From Histomonas meleagridis 2922-C6/04-290x (taxonomy: Eukaryota > Protista > Parabasalia): 64,000 nucleotides of DNA. The DNA lies in contig JAANOX010000080.1 of the NCBI GenBank assembly GCA_020184695.1, forward strand, positions 124,001 to 188,000, written 5' to 3'. Position 1 is the first letter of the stretch. Every line of letters begins with the position of its first letter. Under the pieces are notes generated by a model that did not search any database, was not told where the DNA came from, and saw only the letters and a list, made by a program, of their open reading frames with translations. The position numbers were made by a program, and so were the translations under genes. Below, in pieces: positions 1-11,900 of this stretch.

Positions 1-223
1 AATCATAGAAAGTATTATTGTATTTGTAAGTGAAAATGGCCCATTAATGGGTACTATATTAATGTCAAATCAAATTGTAACAATGGCTTGCATGTATTTG
101 ATCGAGAAAATGCATTTGATTTACTGAATGAATGAAAATGTATTTGATTGTAAGTCGTTAAACTACGCATTTATGCATATGAAAGAACAATTGATTTTAA
201 ATAAATTTTACTTACACATAAAA

Positions 224-2809
224 TTAATATTTATTTTGATATTCATCTTCATTTCTATAAGATTGCACAAGTTGAAATGACTTTAATGTTCTTGATCTCG
301 TACTTACCACGTCGGACAGCAACTGCAATTCGCTTGGATTCGCTCTACCCGCAGCCACCAGAAACTCGTTAACGAAATCCACGAAAGCGTTTTTCGAAGG
401 CAACGAATTTTTCATTGTTATAACAATTTTTTTTGAGAATTCATCGTCAGCTATTTTATCTGCGATTGCTCCGAAAATTGCCTCTTCGAAAGGAACCTGT
501 TTTTTATTCATTTTACATAGCAACGTATACAACAAATCGACGATTCTTTGTATAACTTTTCCATGTAACATATCAAAGAGTGCGCAAAAAATAGCGGAAA
601 TTATTGCGCATCCATAATTACGTTCAAAGTTATCAACTTTTGGTGTTTGAAGCCAAATGTTTATTAACTCGATAGCTTTTTTACAAATTTTATAATTACA
701 ACTTTTAATTCCTTCAATTATAGTTGGGAAAACAATGTTTTCCTCATTAGGCATTATCTCAAAGGCAATAAAAAACGAAAAAAAAGCCACACATAAAATG
801 TTTGGTAATTTCATAATGAAATTACTAATTATTAATTGTCTAAAATTCAAAAACTCTTTATGCGTTGAAGCGATTTTAGAAAACGCTTCGATTAACGATT
901 CACTTTGATTTGGTATTGTTAACGAAAACTCAACAAATTGATTACATATATTACAACAATTTTCCCATGAACAAATACTTATGAAAATGGAAAATAATGA
1001 ACAAATTGATCCGAAGACTTCGGTCATTTTCGTGCTTTCTAAAATAGGAGGGAATATTGGAAGTATTGTAAGTGCTATAACTTCATTCGATGTCGATGCA
1101 AGTGCTAAAGATGTTTCACATCCAAGTTGTATTATTTCAATTGATTTAGAGCTTAATAAAATTGTTATGTTTTTAATGACTTTTCCTATAAATTGTTTTT
1201 GCGTTTCAATTTCATTTATCGATGAAATTATTTTCGTAAGAATTCGATGTATTCGAATGTAATTCTCTTTACTAAGTATCATTGGATTTGTACAATTTTC
1301 AATAAGAAAATTTACAAACTCTAAACATTCGGTTGCTAAATAATCAGAGATAACACTTGACATATGATTTAATGCTAATAATGATGAAGTCTGTATTGAA
1401 ACATCATTAGAAATATCATTAGAGATAATCATCTTGGATAATAACTCAGTAAATTGTTGTAAATATTGTGGATGTGTTGCTAAAAATTTGCAGTTACGTG
1501 ATAACATAAATAACGATGAATCAATGTCTTGAGAAATATTATTAATCACTATCGGTACAGTCTTTTCTAATATACGATCAAATTCCTCATTACCATTTAA
1601 ACAATTAATGGCACCTAAGGATAAACATAATGATGATGATAATGGTTGTTGATCTAAAAAGTCTAAAAACATCTTCTCATTGATCTTTGTAAAGTATACA
1701 AAAACAGAGGTTTGGAAATATGAAGTAAATCGTGACGAAACTAAGCATTTCGGAAGCATTTCATAAAATGAAAAAAAGACTAAAGGAAGTAATGGTTCAA
1801 CAATTATGAAAATGGCAGAGGTTTTGAACTCGATCCCTTCATAAAATAATTCGAGGATTTTACTCCACATGGACCATATTTCTTCGAAGTACTCATAACG
1901 TGATGAATTGACAAGAGTAAACTCAAAGATTTGACGCATAGCAGGAAGAAATGATGAATCATATGCATAGAGATGAAAGTTGCTCATGGAGACTTTTATT
2001 AGCCGACAGAGGTACTTTATAAACTCTTGTGTATGGATTGAACTGTTATTGAGATTGCTAAGGATTAATTGAAATACTTGAACAAATACACTATGTTCAA
2101 TGGTTTTACGGATTGTGAGATTGCTAAGTACTTGTGACGATTCGGGAAAATTTATGAAGCGAAAAAAAATAAGTTTAACTATTTCAACGGTCAATTGGGG
2201 ATTATCATTTATAAGTAAACATGTGGGTTCTAGGAAGTTCAAAAACGTTATTGAAAGAACCGGATCAAGTTCGGTGACTTCAGAAATGAATTTTATAATA
2301 CCTTCTAAATTATATAGAAATTCTTGGATTTGAAATGTTCGACGCATAATTGTTATATCTGGGGAATCAGAAACAACAGTAATGAGCTGAGTTAATATTT
2401 TTAAGCCTATGATGAACGATCTTATATCTTTAGACATTAACTCAAATAATTCACTAAAAAAATTAACCCATATTTCTGGCCACTCTATAAAAGCAAGTGT
2501 TTAAATAAGATTTATAAGTGCCCATTCAACTAATTGAGAATGTTCGATATGAAATAATAAGTTAAACAAAATTTGTCGAAATTCTACTAAAATGTTATGT
2601 TCTATTCCACACCAATTGTTCTTTAATGCTCCATTTATGATAAATGCTGAAACATATTGTGATTGCTCTGATTCTGAATTAGTGAGAATATTTACAATAT
2701 TTTGAAATAAATCTGGGCTTAACTGACATGTCTGTAAAAAATTTAACGCATTTTGTTGTTCTTCCCCTTGTAACTGAAATGAAATTCGAATAGCTTCTTC
2801 AATGTTCAT
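224..2809 (-). CDS. Exportin/importin-beta family HEAT-repeat protein (Crm1-like), interrupted by one in-frame TAA at 2501-2503
   Basis: ORFs 2501..2830 (IBN_N-like) and 224..2437 are in the same frame; the bridge reads LINLI*TLAFIEWPEIWVNFFSELFELMSK, matching the exportin EWPxxWxxF motif. First ATG at 2809. Confidence 0.7.
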
Positions 2810-3232
2810 TTGGCCGTTTAAACGATCCAAAAATTTTTGTTGAATAAAACCGCCAATTTCGTTTTCTGGTGAAAACCTAAGCGTTAACTAGAAAGAAGAA
2901 ATATTTCACAATGCTAATGCTTATATAGGATATTTAATTATTTATATATTTCTTTTACATTATAAATTAACTCATTCTTATCGAAAAAAGGAAACAGTTT
3001 TATTAATACAAAGGAAATTGATTTCTAGAAATACTTAACATATCGATAAAATAACATTTTGTAATAAAGATTCCGTATAGTTATATTAATGTAAAATTGA
3101 TATATAATTTTTTTTATTAAACCTTTCTTTCGTCAAAAGATAAAAAGTCAAATTAATTTCTTACTAATTTGTTTGGAAGAAATTAAAATATTTATATCAC
3201 AAAACATAATAATTTGGTTGAATGTTTACTGA

Positions 3233-4156
3233 TTACCATCCATCACCAAGCTCATCAGAATTCCAGTTCATTTTTGGTGAGCAATATCTAATGAATCTTT
3301 CTCTTGCAACTAACCTTTGCACCTGATCTGGGGTAAGGTTGAAGTCCAAGTGATTATTCTTATAGATTCGTTCTGGTGTAACGCTTTTACACAGCAAAGA
3401 AGCCGATGGTTCAATCGAATTGAGGAATTTCAACTCGACCTCACCAACAGTTCTACCAGTTTCCTCGGCGATTTTGACCAAAACAGGGTCCTTGAGGAGC
3501 ACTGGTTGGTCAGGTTGAGCCCAATCTGGACTACCAAGTGTTGAATATCCGGTCAAAATAATTCCTTCATCATGAAGGTACCTTCTGAGAGGCTTTTGTT
3601 GCATGTAGAGATGGAACTCGATTTGGTTGGTGTATGGCTTGATTTTGATGTCGGAATTTTTGAGTATTTCTAATTGATTGATTGTAAAGTTGGATACACC
3701 AATGTGCTTGGTAAGGCCTTTTTCTACTAATTGTTCCATCGCTTTCCATGTGTCTACAAATGAGACTTTGCGATCGAAAATAATTTCACCATTTTCCCTT
3801 GGGAACTTTTCACCTGTTGGACCAATGGGCTTAAAAGCGCAAGGATAGTGCATTAAATAAAGATCCAAATAGTCAAGTTTTAAGTCCTTAAGTGTTTGTT
3901 TGATTGCTGGCTCAACAAATTCTGGTCGATGACATGTATTCCATAATTTGGATGTTACCCATAATTGTTCCCTTTTGATTCCTGAAGCAAAAATCTTTTC
4001 GAATGCTTGTCCTACAATGTCTTCATTTTCATAACAAGCAGCACAATCAATATGAACATAGCCAGCTTCCTTGACAGCATAGATCACAGCATTGACTAAT
4101 TCATCTGAGCGTGGTGACTTCCAAGTGCCAAGACCAATAGTTGGTATACGATCCAT
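3233..4156 (-). CDS. Aldo-keto reductase (AKR1-like NADP-dependent oxidoreductase)
   Basis: Motifs GLGTW, HIDCAACYENE, LWVTSKLW, LDLYLMHYP, IGVSNF, NQIEFH, YSTLGS. First ATG at 4156 (MDRIPTIG). Confidence 0.93.
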   Translation of the reverse strand: MDRIPTIGLGTWKSPRSDELVNAVIYAVKEAGYVHIDCAACYENEDIVGQAFEKIFASGIKREQLWVTSKLWNTCHRPEFVEPAIKQTLKDLKLDYLDLYLMHYPCAFKPIGPTGEKFPRENGEIIFDRKVSFVDTWKAMEQLVEKGLTKHIGVSNFTINQLEILKNSDIKIKPYTNQIEFHLYMQQKPLRRYLHDEGIILTGYSTLGSPDWAQPDQPVLLKDPVLVKIAEETGRTVGEVELKFLNSIEPSASLLCKSVTPERIYKNNHLDFNLTPDQVQRLVARERFIRYCSPKMNWNSDELGDGW

Positions 4157-4650
4157 TTGACCCGAAGAAAACCGTTTAGGACAGGTGAATTGAGAAAAAA
4201 ATAAAAATGAAAAGTCAAAAGCACTCAAATTTCTGGAGCGATAGAACTTTCATATCATCTTATAATATTTGTATCTGCTGTCCCAGTGCTTATGAAAATA
4301 GCATGATTCTGTTTAGACATAAAAAATTTCAAATTGAACTAACATATATTTAAAAGAAAAAACAGAAATTTTTCAAGTGCATCATAAAATTAAATATTAC
4401 TATTATTTCAGACTGATCAAAATTATTAAGCAACGAGTTAAGCACATAAATGTAATTAATTATGATTCTGATAAATTAAGGCAATACTTTTAAAATTTAT
4501 CTCAATCACAAATGCAATTGTTAGAGTATTTTTTTATGTATATTTTGTATGCCAAATTATATTTATATCATTAAAAAGATGGTGTAAAATTTTTTTATTA
4601 TGAGTTCCAAATGATAAAATTATCATTTTAATTGATATACCTAGGTATAC

Positions 4651-4883
4651 CTAGGTTTCCTTGCAAAACAAAGAAACAATTTCTTCTCTAGATGCAAAGT
4701 TTAAAGCCACCTTAAATTTTTGAGAAAAACTCCAAATTTTTTATTAAAAAATTTAATATCATCTATAAACTTTAATTGATATAAAGAAATATCCTTAATA
4801 TTGATATGAATACCTTCTTGTTTCATAAGCAACTTAACAATATCAAGTTTACCATAAGTTGCAGCTAAAACTAATGCTTTTCC
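4651..4883 (-). repeat. Locus A ankyrin cassette array: 2 cassettes, spacers 57 and 74 nt
   Basis: GKALVLAATYGKLDIVKLLMKQEGIHINIKDI (4883-4788), a 74-nt spacer, then terminal KVALNFASREEIVSLFCKET* (4713-4651). Confidence 0.8.
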
Positions 4884-4934
4884 AAATAATAAATAAAAAT
4901 ATTTAAAGTTTAAAAAAATGTTCGAATTAAACAA

Positions 4935-6092
4935 TTAAAACAATCGTACTAGACTTGTACTTATTTCTTTTTGCTGAAGAAGAAATATAATAGTATCAGG
5001 ATTTATCGATAAAACAGCAGATTGTAATACATCATTTATTAAGCTATATTTCTCAATAATAAAGCTAGTTAAATATGTATTACCGTATTCTATAGCAGTT
5101 TTGAGAGTTTCGCAAATGATATTCATTCCTTTATTTCTTAAAAATAAAAAAAGTTCATAATTATTCCACAAAATACAGTCATATCCAAGTAAATCTAAAT
5201 CTTGATATTTGCCAATTTTATTATCATACAGATAATGAAAAATGTCATTTCGATGAAACATAATTGCTGTTTCATATGCATCTTTAAATGATGAATGATT
5301 TTGTTCACATAAATGAATAATTTCTTCATTTCCACCTGCAATTGCATATTTACCTGTGTTTTCTAATTTTGCGCCATTTATAAGTAAATATTTAAAACAT
5401 TTAACTGAAGAAAAAAATGCGGCATAATCAATTAATGTAACATTTTCTTGATTAATAAATGAAAATCTTTCATAAAGTGATTTTGGAATTGTTTGATTAA
5501 AATCGAAGTTTGTTTCTGATGATATTTCTTGAAGTTTTTCGATTTCATCATTTCGTATTATTTTTGATAATCCATTTGTATTAACTCCTTCTTCAACATA
5601 TTGTTCATGTGGTATGTTATGATAATAAGGATCATCAAAAAATGCTGGTATTTCGTAACATTTCTTTCGCATTTTTCCTTTTTCTTTATCATTTAAACGT
5701 GAATAAAATAAAATGTTTTAAAACGTTTTACAATATTTGTTTCAATTAAATTTTGTTTTATCATTTTTTCAATTAAAATATGATTCTTGTGAGTCAATTT
5801 TATACAAAAATTTACCAAATATTTTAAATATGTTTGGATTGTTTTGATTGACTTCAAGACATTTTAAGAAATCAAAATAAATATCTGGACAATTCTTTTT
5901 TGATATAAATGAATAAAATAAAAATTGACAAATAATATTATTAAATGAATATGGATATTGTCGATCAAATAATTCCATAATCTCTTGAGTTGTGCTTTCA
6001 ATATTAGTTTCATTTAAACTAAATATGATATGTTCTAATGATTCCATTAATTTTATTTGCTTAATATTGTTAAATGATTGAACGGATTTCAT
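4935..6092 (-). pseudogene. Locus A DUF3447-ankyrin core, broken by two frameshifts near 5772 and 5697
   Basis: The N-terminal ORF (LEHIIFSLNETNIE...QESYF) and the core ORF (LIDYAAFFSSVKCFKYLL...AIAGGNEEIIHLCEQ...AIMFHRNDIF) are bridged by a third-frame segment IEKMIKQNLIETNIVKRFKTFYFIH. May be an assembly error. Confidence 0.65.
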
Positions 6093-6557
6093 TTCCTGAT
6101 TATAGAATGGTTGAAGCAAATAAGTTTTAATGCAGTGAACACACTTTTACAACATTTTGATATAGTTTATTTTCAGATTTAGTTTTTTGCGAGCGGTTTT
6201 TGATCGGCATGCGCTGAAAAAGCCTCTGCTTTCAATACTTTATGTTCGATTTAATGGTTTATTGATACAATCGAAAAGTTCTATCGGATGCTTTTTTGCC
6301 ATTATTAAATTGTGAAAAATTGGGAAATGCCATTTTTTTAACATCTTCAACTTTTTGTATGCTCACAAAAAATTGCACGGTTGTTCAATTTGCCATGTTT
6401 TAATGACGGTTTATAAGAAAATTTTATATGATTTACGTGTATGTAAGTGACAGAAAAAAAAATTTACAATTCCGATATGGAAAAAAAGTATTTTATATTT
6501 TGTTGTATTTTATTTTATTTTGTTTAAAGTTGATAACCATAAGTAACTTCAATTACC

Positions 6558-7656
6558 TTAATTATTTGCACCTTTAGTTCGAAGCAATTCTACTATTTCC
6601 ATATGATTATTTTCATACGCTAATGTAAGGGCTGTTTTACATAATTTGAACAAATTCCAAATACTATTTTGAAATTTCATATTATTAAAATATATTTTAA
6701 ATAAAAAATACTAACAGTTTTTGTATTAATATCAATTCCTTTATAATCAAGTAACATTTTAACGATTTCCAGATTACCATTTTGAGATGCCAACATAAGT
6801 GCTGTTTTAAATCATTTAAATAAGTTTCAAATAATATTTTGATATTTCAAAATATTGAAATAAGCTTTAATTTAAACAAATAAACATTTTGAGCATTAAC
6901 ACTAATATTATTTTGTTTAAGAAGTAATTTCACTATTTCTACATGATTATTTTTGGAAGCTAACATAAGCGCTGTGTGAAATTATTTTATTAAACATTAA
7001 ATTCTATTTATAAATAGAAAATTATTCAAACATACTTTAAAAATGATAAACAAATGTTTTTTTTATTGACTTTAATTCCTTTATTAGTCAGAAGTAATTT
7101 AACTATTTCTGTATTACCATTTTCAGCTGCAAAAATAAGAGCTGTTTGAAATAATTTAAATAATTTTCGAATATTTATACGAAATATTTTATCATCAAAA
7201 CAAATTTTAAATTAAATAAATAAATGTTTCTAATATTTGTATTAATATCTTTATGTTTGAGAAGTAATCTAACTAATTCAACATTATTGTTTTTAGTTGC
7301 TATAATAAGTGCTGTATGAATAATTAAACAAATTCCGAATTTTATTATAAAATTATATATGATTAAAATATATATCATAAAAAATTAATAAATATTTTTA
7401 GTATTGACAGCAATATCATCTTTTTCAAGAAGTAATTTGACGACTTCTATGTTATTATTATCAGCTGCCAAAGTGAGAGCTGTCCAAAATGATTTGAATA
7501 ATTTCCAAATATATTTGAGAAATTTTGAAATATTAAAACAAATTTCAAACAAAACAAATAAATACCTTTCATGTTAATGTTAACTCCTTCTTGTTCAAGT
7601 AGGATTTTAGTCATATCAACATTATTATTCATAGATGCAAACATAAGTGCAGTTTT
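6558..7656 (-). repeat. Locus B ankyrin cassette array: 7 cassettes, 170-bp period
   Basis: The plus-strand copy of the Thr-Ala motif recurs at 6631, 6801, 6971, 7141, 7311, 7479, 7649. Spacers 74,72,74,74,74,74. Terminal cassette KTALTLAYENNHMEIVELLRTKGANN*. Confidence 0.9.
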
Positions 7657-7712
7657 AAATGATTTCAATAAACACCAAATATTAATTTATAATTCTAAAA
7701 TATCAAAACATT

Positions 7713-7847
7713 TTAACTGCTTACTGTAGAGTTAAAGGAATATGGAGAATTTGAGCCAAATAAACTCATTGTTTTTTGAACAGACTCTTCAAGATTTTCT
7801 TTTGTTAAGTTAAATATGATTTGTTCAAGTGACTTTAATAATTCCAT
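7713..7847 (-). pseudogene. Locus B: first 44 codons of a DUF3447-ankyrin gene fused directly to a spacer (core deleted)
   Basis: MELLKSLEQIIFNLTKENLEESVQKTMSLFGSNSPYSFNSTVSS* matches the N-termini of the other six loci and runs into a partial spacer. Confidence 0.75.
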
Positions 7848-8107
7848 AAATTAGAAGAATGAACATTCTTAAGACACATATTTTCAGAAATTTATTCTCA
7901 AAAGTGACCAAACATAATGTGTGTTGAATGAAATCCATAAATTTTAGTCTATTAACAATGTCAATACCAATCAAATTTAATAATTTGAAGGATCAAAGAA
8001 TATATTTCATTAAAAATTTAGGATCAATTTTATATATTGTTAAAACACAATTAACAAACATACACAAAAACACGAAACATAACAAAAGAAATCAATTATT
8101 GGGTATT

Positions 8108-8635
8108 TTAGAATCCACAAACTGTTGGACGTTTGGTGGAGAGGATCTTCTTTTGTGAAGCATGTGCTGGACGGATTTGTCTCTTAAGGATTGGGAACTT
8201 AACGTTAGGGTTAAGGAACATGCGGAGGTTGTGATGAACAACATCTTCATCTTTGATTTCGCTAACACGAATGATGGAGATGTTCTTAGCTTGAACATTA
8301 TGTGTACCAGCCATTTCTTGGTAGAGACGAAGGACAGCTCCCTCTGTAGTTGTATCACGGAATTCCTTGTAGATGTTATTGACGGAATTTGTAGCACGAT
8401 ATGTTAACCAAATGCCATAATTCTTGACACGTTCTGGTTCTGGTTCAATGACATGCTTAACAGCAAGGATTTCACCATGAGATTTCTTAAGACGAGCGAT
8501 ACGACGAGCAACACCCCAGAATTTAGACTTTGCGATGACCTCATCAGGTGCGAAGACTTGAACACGGATAGCAGCTGGGTTTGGAACAGCTTCAGTTGGT
8601 AAAGGACGTGCAATGACTTCGTAATTCTTGAGCAT
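8108..8635 (-). CDS. RPL18A: 60S ribosomal protein L18a (eL20)
   Basis: FAPDEVIAKSKFW, KNYGIWLTY, NIYKEFRDTT, LYQEMAGTH, VKFP motifs; biased codon usage typical of highly expressed genes. Confidence 0.95.
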   Translation of the reverse strand: MLKNYEVIARPLPTEAVPNPAAIRVQVFAPDEVIAKSKFWGVARRIARLKKSHGEILAVKHVIEPEPERVKNYGIWLTYRATNSVNNIYKEFRDTTTEGAVLRLYQEMAGTHNVQAKNISIIRVSEIKDEDVVHHNLRMFLNPNVKFPILKRQIRPAHASQKKILSTKRPTVCGF

Positions 8636-8699
8636 CAAAAAGGTCGACCAAACCGTTCATCGGGATTCAAAATATGTCACTTTTCGTCTTGGAATCCTC

Positions 8700-8707
8700 A
8701 AAAGTGA
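8700..8707 (-). promoter_or_regulatory. Trichomonad initiator (Inr)-like element
   Basis: TCACTTTT on the coding strand upstream of RPL18A; matches the TCA(Y)(T/A) Inr known from trichomonads. Confidence 0.45.
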
Positions 8708-8953
8708 CTATAAGAAGAAACAAGTCGAACTTTAAACAAAATTAAACTATATAATCATATGATTGATTCTACTTCGAAGTAGTCCTATTTATGGAAGAAA
8801 CTTTGAAACAAAACAAAAAAATGAATATTCTAATTAAATATGAATTTAAGTATAATACTTCTCTAATCCAAATTACATAGGCTTCCACTCGTTAATAAAA
8901 TGTGTTATTAGATTCGGAAAGAAAATTACTATTTAAATCCTTTTTATTATTTG

Positions 8954-11900
8954 TCATCCAATTGATATACTTTTCACATCCAACATTCCGGAAGATGAAG
9001 AAAATCCTTCTGTTCCCAATGGTATACCTCTTTCTGTACAAAGCATCAAATTTCTCATAGTCTTATTAATTGGTGAATCTTCTTGATACTGATCAATTTC
9101 ACTTCTAACTGCTTTCATTGAGTATACGTTGTTTAATGTCATGGAAAAGAATTTGCATCTTTGACGATAAAATGCAGTCATTGCTGATATTGATGTAGAC
9201 CTTGCAAGTGATGGTAATGTCTTCTTTGTACATACTAAGGAAGTTCTAAGTGGGCCAAACCATTTCATTGATGGCTTCCAAAATACATCAACTCTAAATA
9301 AGCATGTGTCAATTGGATAAATAACAATATGTGCTTGGTTAAACTGGGATGTGATAGTTGAAATTTCGTAATTCTTTGGATTTTCTGACCAAATAATATG
9401 TATGTGATCATTTCCGATATGTCGTTTCTTAGTGATTTGTTGTTTGTCATTTTTATTAGTTGGCAATAATGGTCCCACGTGGAACATTAATTCTGTCTTT
9501 AAGTCTGCATAATAAATTGAAGTTTTTCCATCTTTTTGACCTGAAAGACTTAGTCCTCCATTATAAAACTTATGAGTTACAAGTTCTACAGGCCAACCCA
9601 ATCCATTTAAGAACTCCCGGAAATGAGGAGTAGTTTCGTCATATGTTGTTTGGAATAAATCATTTTGTTCGAAAACATTATCACCAACGTAAACGACCCC
9701 AACCTTAAAACAATTTCTCCCAGTATTTGACACCAATTGTTTTAATTCCAACAAATTTTTCTTTTCTTTTCCGACAGGGCATAAGCTATCGTTCAATCCC
9801 AAAGCCGTCACAACCGCCGCCGCTGGGTTTTCAATTGATTTAAAATCTGTCTGCGGCTTCAACGGTTTGTTGTCGTAATCCCAAATTTTGTTTATTTGTT
9901 CCAATATGTTATTATCTACGTTAATTTCAGGCAAGTTAATTCCATTCAAATAATCTTCTCCATAAAACTGGTTAATTTTATTTTCGATGTCTATTCTTTT
10001 CTCACTATTTGTTGGGTCTTTTAATTCGATTCCATCAGCGAATTTCAATTCCAAATTCAAAGGTTCATTACCAGAAATCATTGAAGTTATACATGAAATA
10101 TTCCATCGATAATGTCCACTTGTAGCTATGTTTGAAACGTCAACTTGATCATTCTCTTCGATAGCCATTGTTAATATATTATCATTCGCAGTTGAATTAA
10201 TTTCACAACTTTGGCCAATGTAAATCGAATTATGTGAAGACATTGGAAACAAAATCGATTGTGGGAATGGATAATTCTTATAAAACAAACTTAGTTTCCT
10301 TAAACATTCCATTGCTATATCGACGATTTCTTTCACTTTAAATTTATTAGGGACTTCATAAAGATAATTAACATAATTCATATAAAAAGTAAAGTCGGGT
10401 ATTATCGAATGTGATATAATGAACAAGTCATTAATATTTATTAAGTAATAAAATAAAAACACCGAATCAATTGAAGAATTTAATGTTAAAAGATATTCAA
10501 CTAATGGTTTAAGGAAATTACCATAAAACAAATTCGGAAATTCTTTTATGATGATTTCGAAATAACAAAAAATAGATTCAAATGTACAGATCGCTGACAT
10601 CGAAAAACTTTCATCATAAGGTATTAATGATTGTTCTTTTAATGATATAACTATAATATCTAAAATTTTTTCGATGATTTGTTCATTCATAATTTCTTGT
10701 GTAGTTTCATCCGCTAATAAAATGGAATATATTGGTAATATTAAATCCCAATCATGAGGTAATTCTTCGATAATTTTAATGATACGATTTAAATTATTAT
10801 TTTCTTTGTTATTATTTGTTAAAACTTTTTCATAATCAATTATTATATCATCGATTTTCGATTGTTGAATTATACGATTAATTTCATGTATAAATAATTT
10901 GTTTTCATTAATATTTATCCGAAAGAATGGAAATGATGATAAAAATCCAATTAATGGATAACTTAACTTTATCTTTTTCATTTCAACAACATTTATTAAC
11001 ATTGGAATTAACATTGTTGAACCTGTATAACCTTTTTGTAACATATGATTACCATTAATGAATCCTAATTCGACTAATTCAAGATCATTTGATATTAACA
11101 TTAAACCAGTTGCAATATAAAACTGGAATAATAATTCGGAATCAATATATTTCTTTAAATCACCAAATTCCAAAATTTTCGATAATAATGAAAATGATAT
11201 TTTACGTATTAATGAATCATCTTGTTCAAATATTCCATGTAATAAATAATTAAAACAATATTTACATATCGATATATGATTAAATTGTACTGAAAATGGT
11301 ATATTACGAAATTCAATTAAATGTGATATATATGATGCTAATATGAAAAAAGAATTACGTTTTTGATCTAAATTATTTATATTTTCATAATTGATAAAAC
11401 AATTTAAAAATTTATCTACATTAGTTAATATCTCATTCTCAGTACATTGTAATGGTGGAATTATAATCTTTTCAAGTGATTCATTATATTTCGAATGTTC
11501 TTCCCATATTAATTTCATTTTAGTTCGTGTGAATTCTTCAGGCGAATTAATGATTTCTTCAATGTTATCTGTGATTAAATCAAATGAATTCGTAAATTGT
11601 ATTCGTTGTTTCTTCTTTTGTAACATTTCAGAATATTCAATAAGTTCTTTAATATTAACTTCATAAATGATTGGAAATGATTTTATTGCTAAGTATTGTG
11701 AATATTTACTTGCTACTGCTGATAATAATTCAGTTTCGATTGTAATCTCAGAAAAAAATGTTCGTATTGTCGTATTAATTTTATTTGATGATGTTAATAA
11801 TAAAGTTAAAAATGATATGTACATCGTTGAAATTGGAATTGTATCAGTAATATGCTTCTGAAATAACATCCTAATTTCTTCATTGGCTCTGTCAGAAGGT

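Noticed and set aside
6558-7656. Spacers as MITE or transposon insertions
   Set aside because: No terminal inverted repeats or target-site duplications, and they occur only at one position of the ankyrin repeat.
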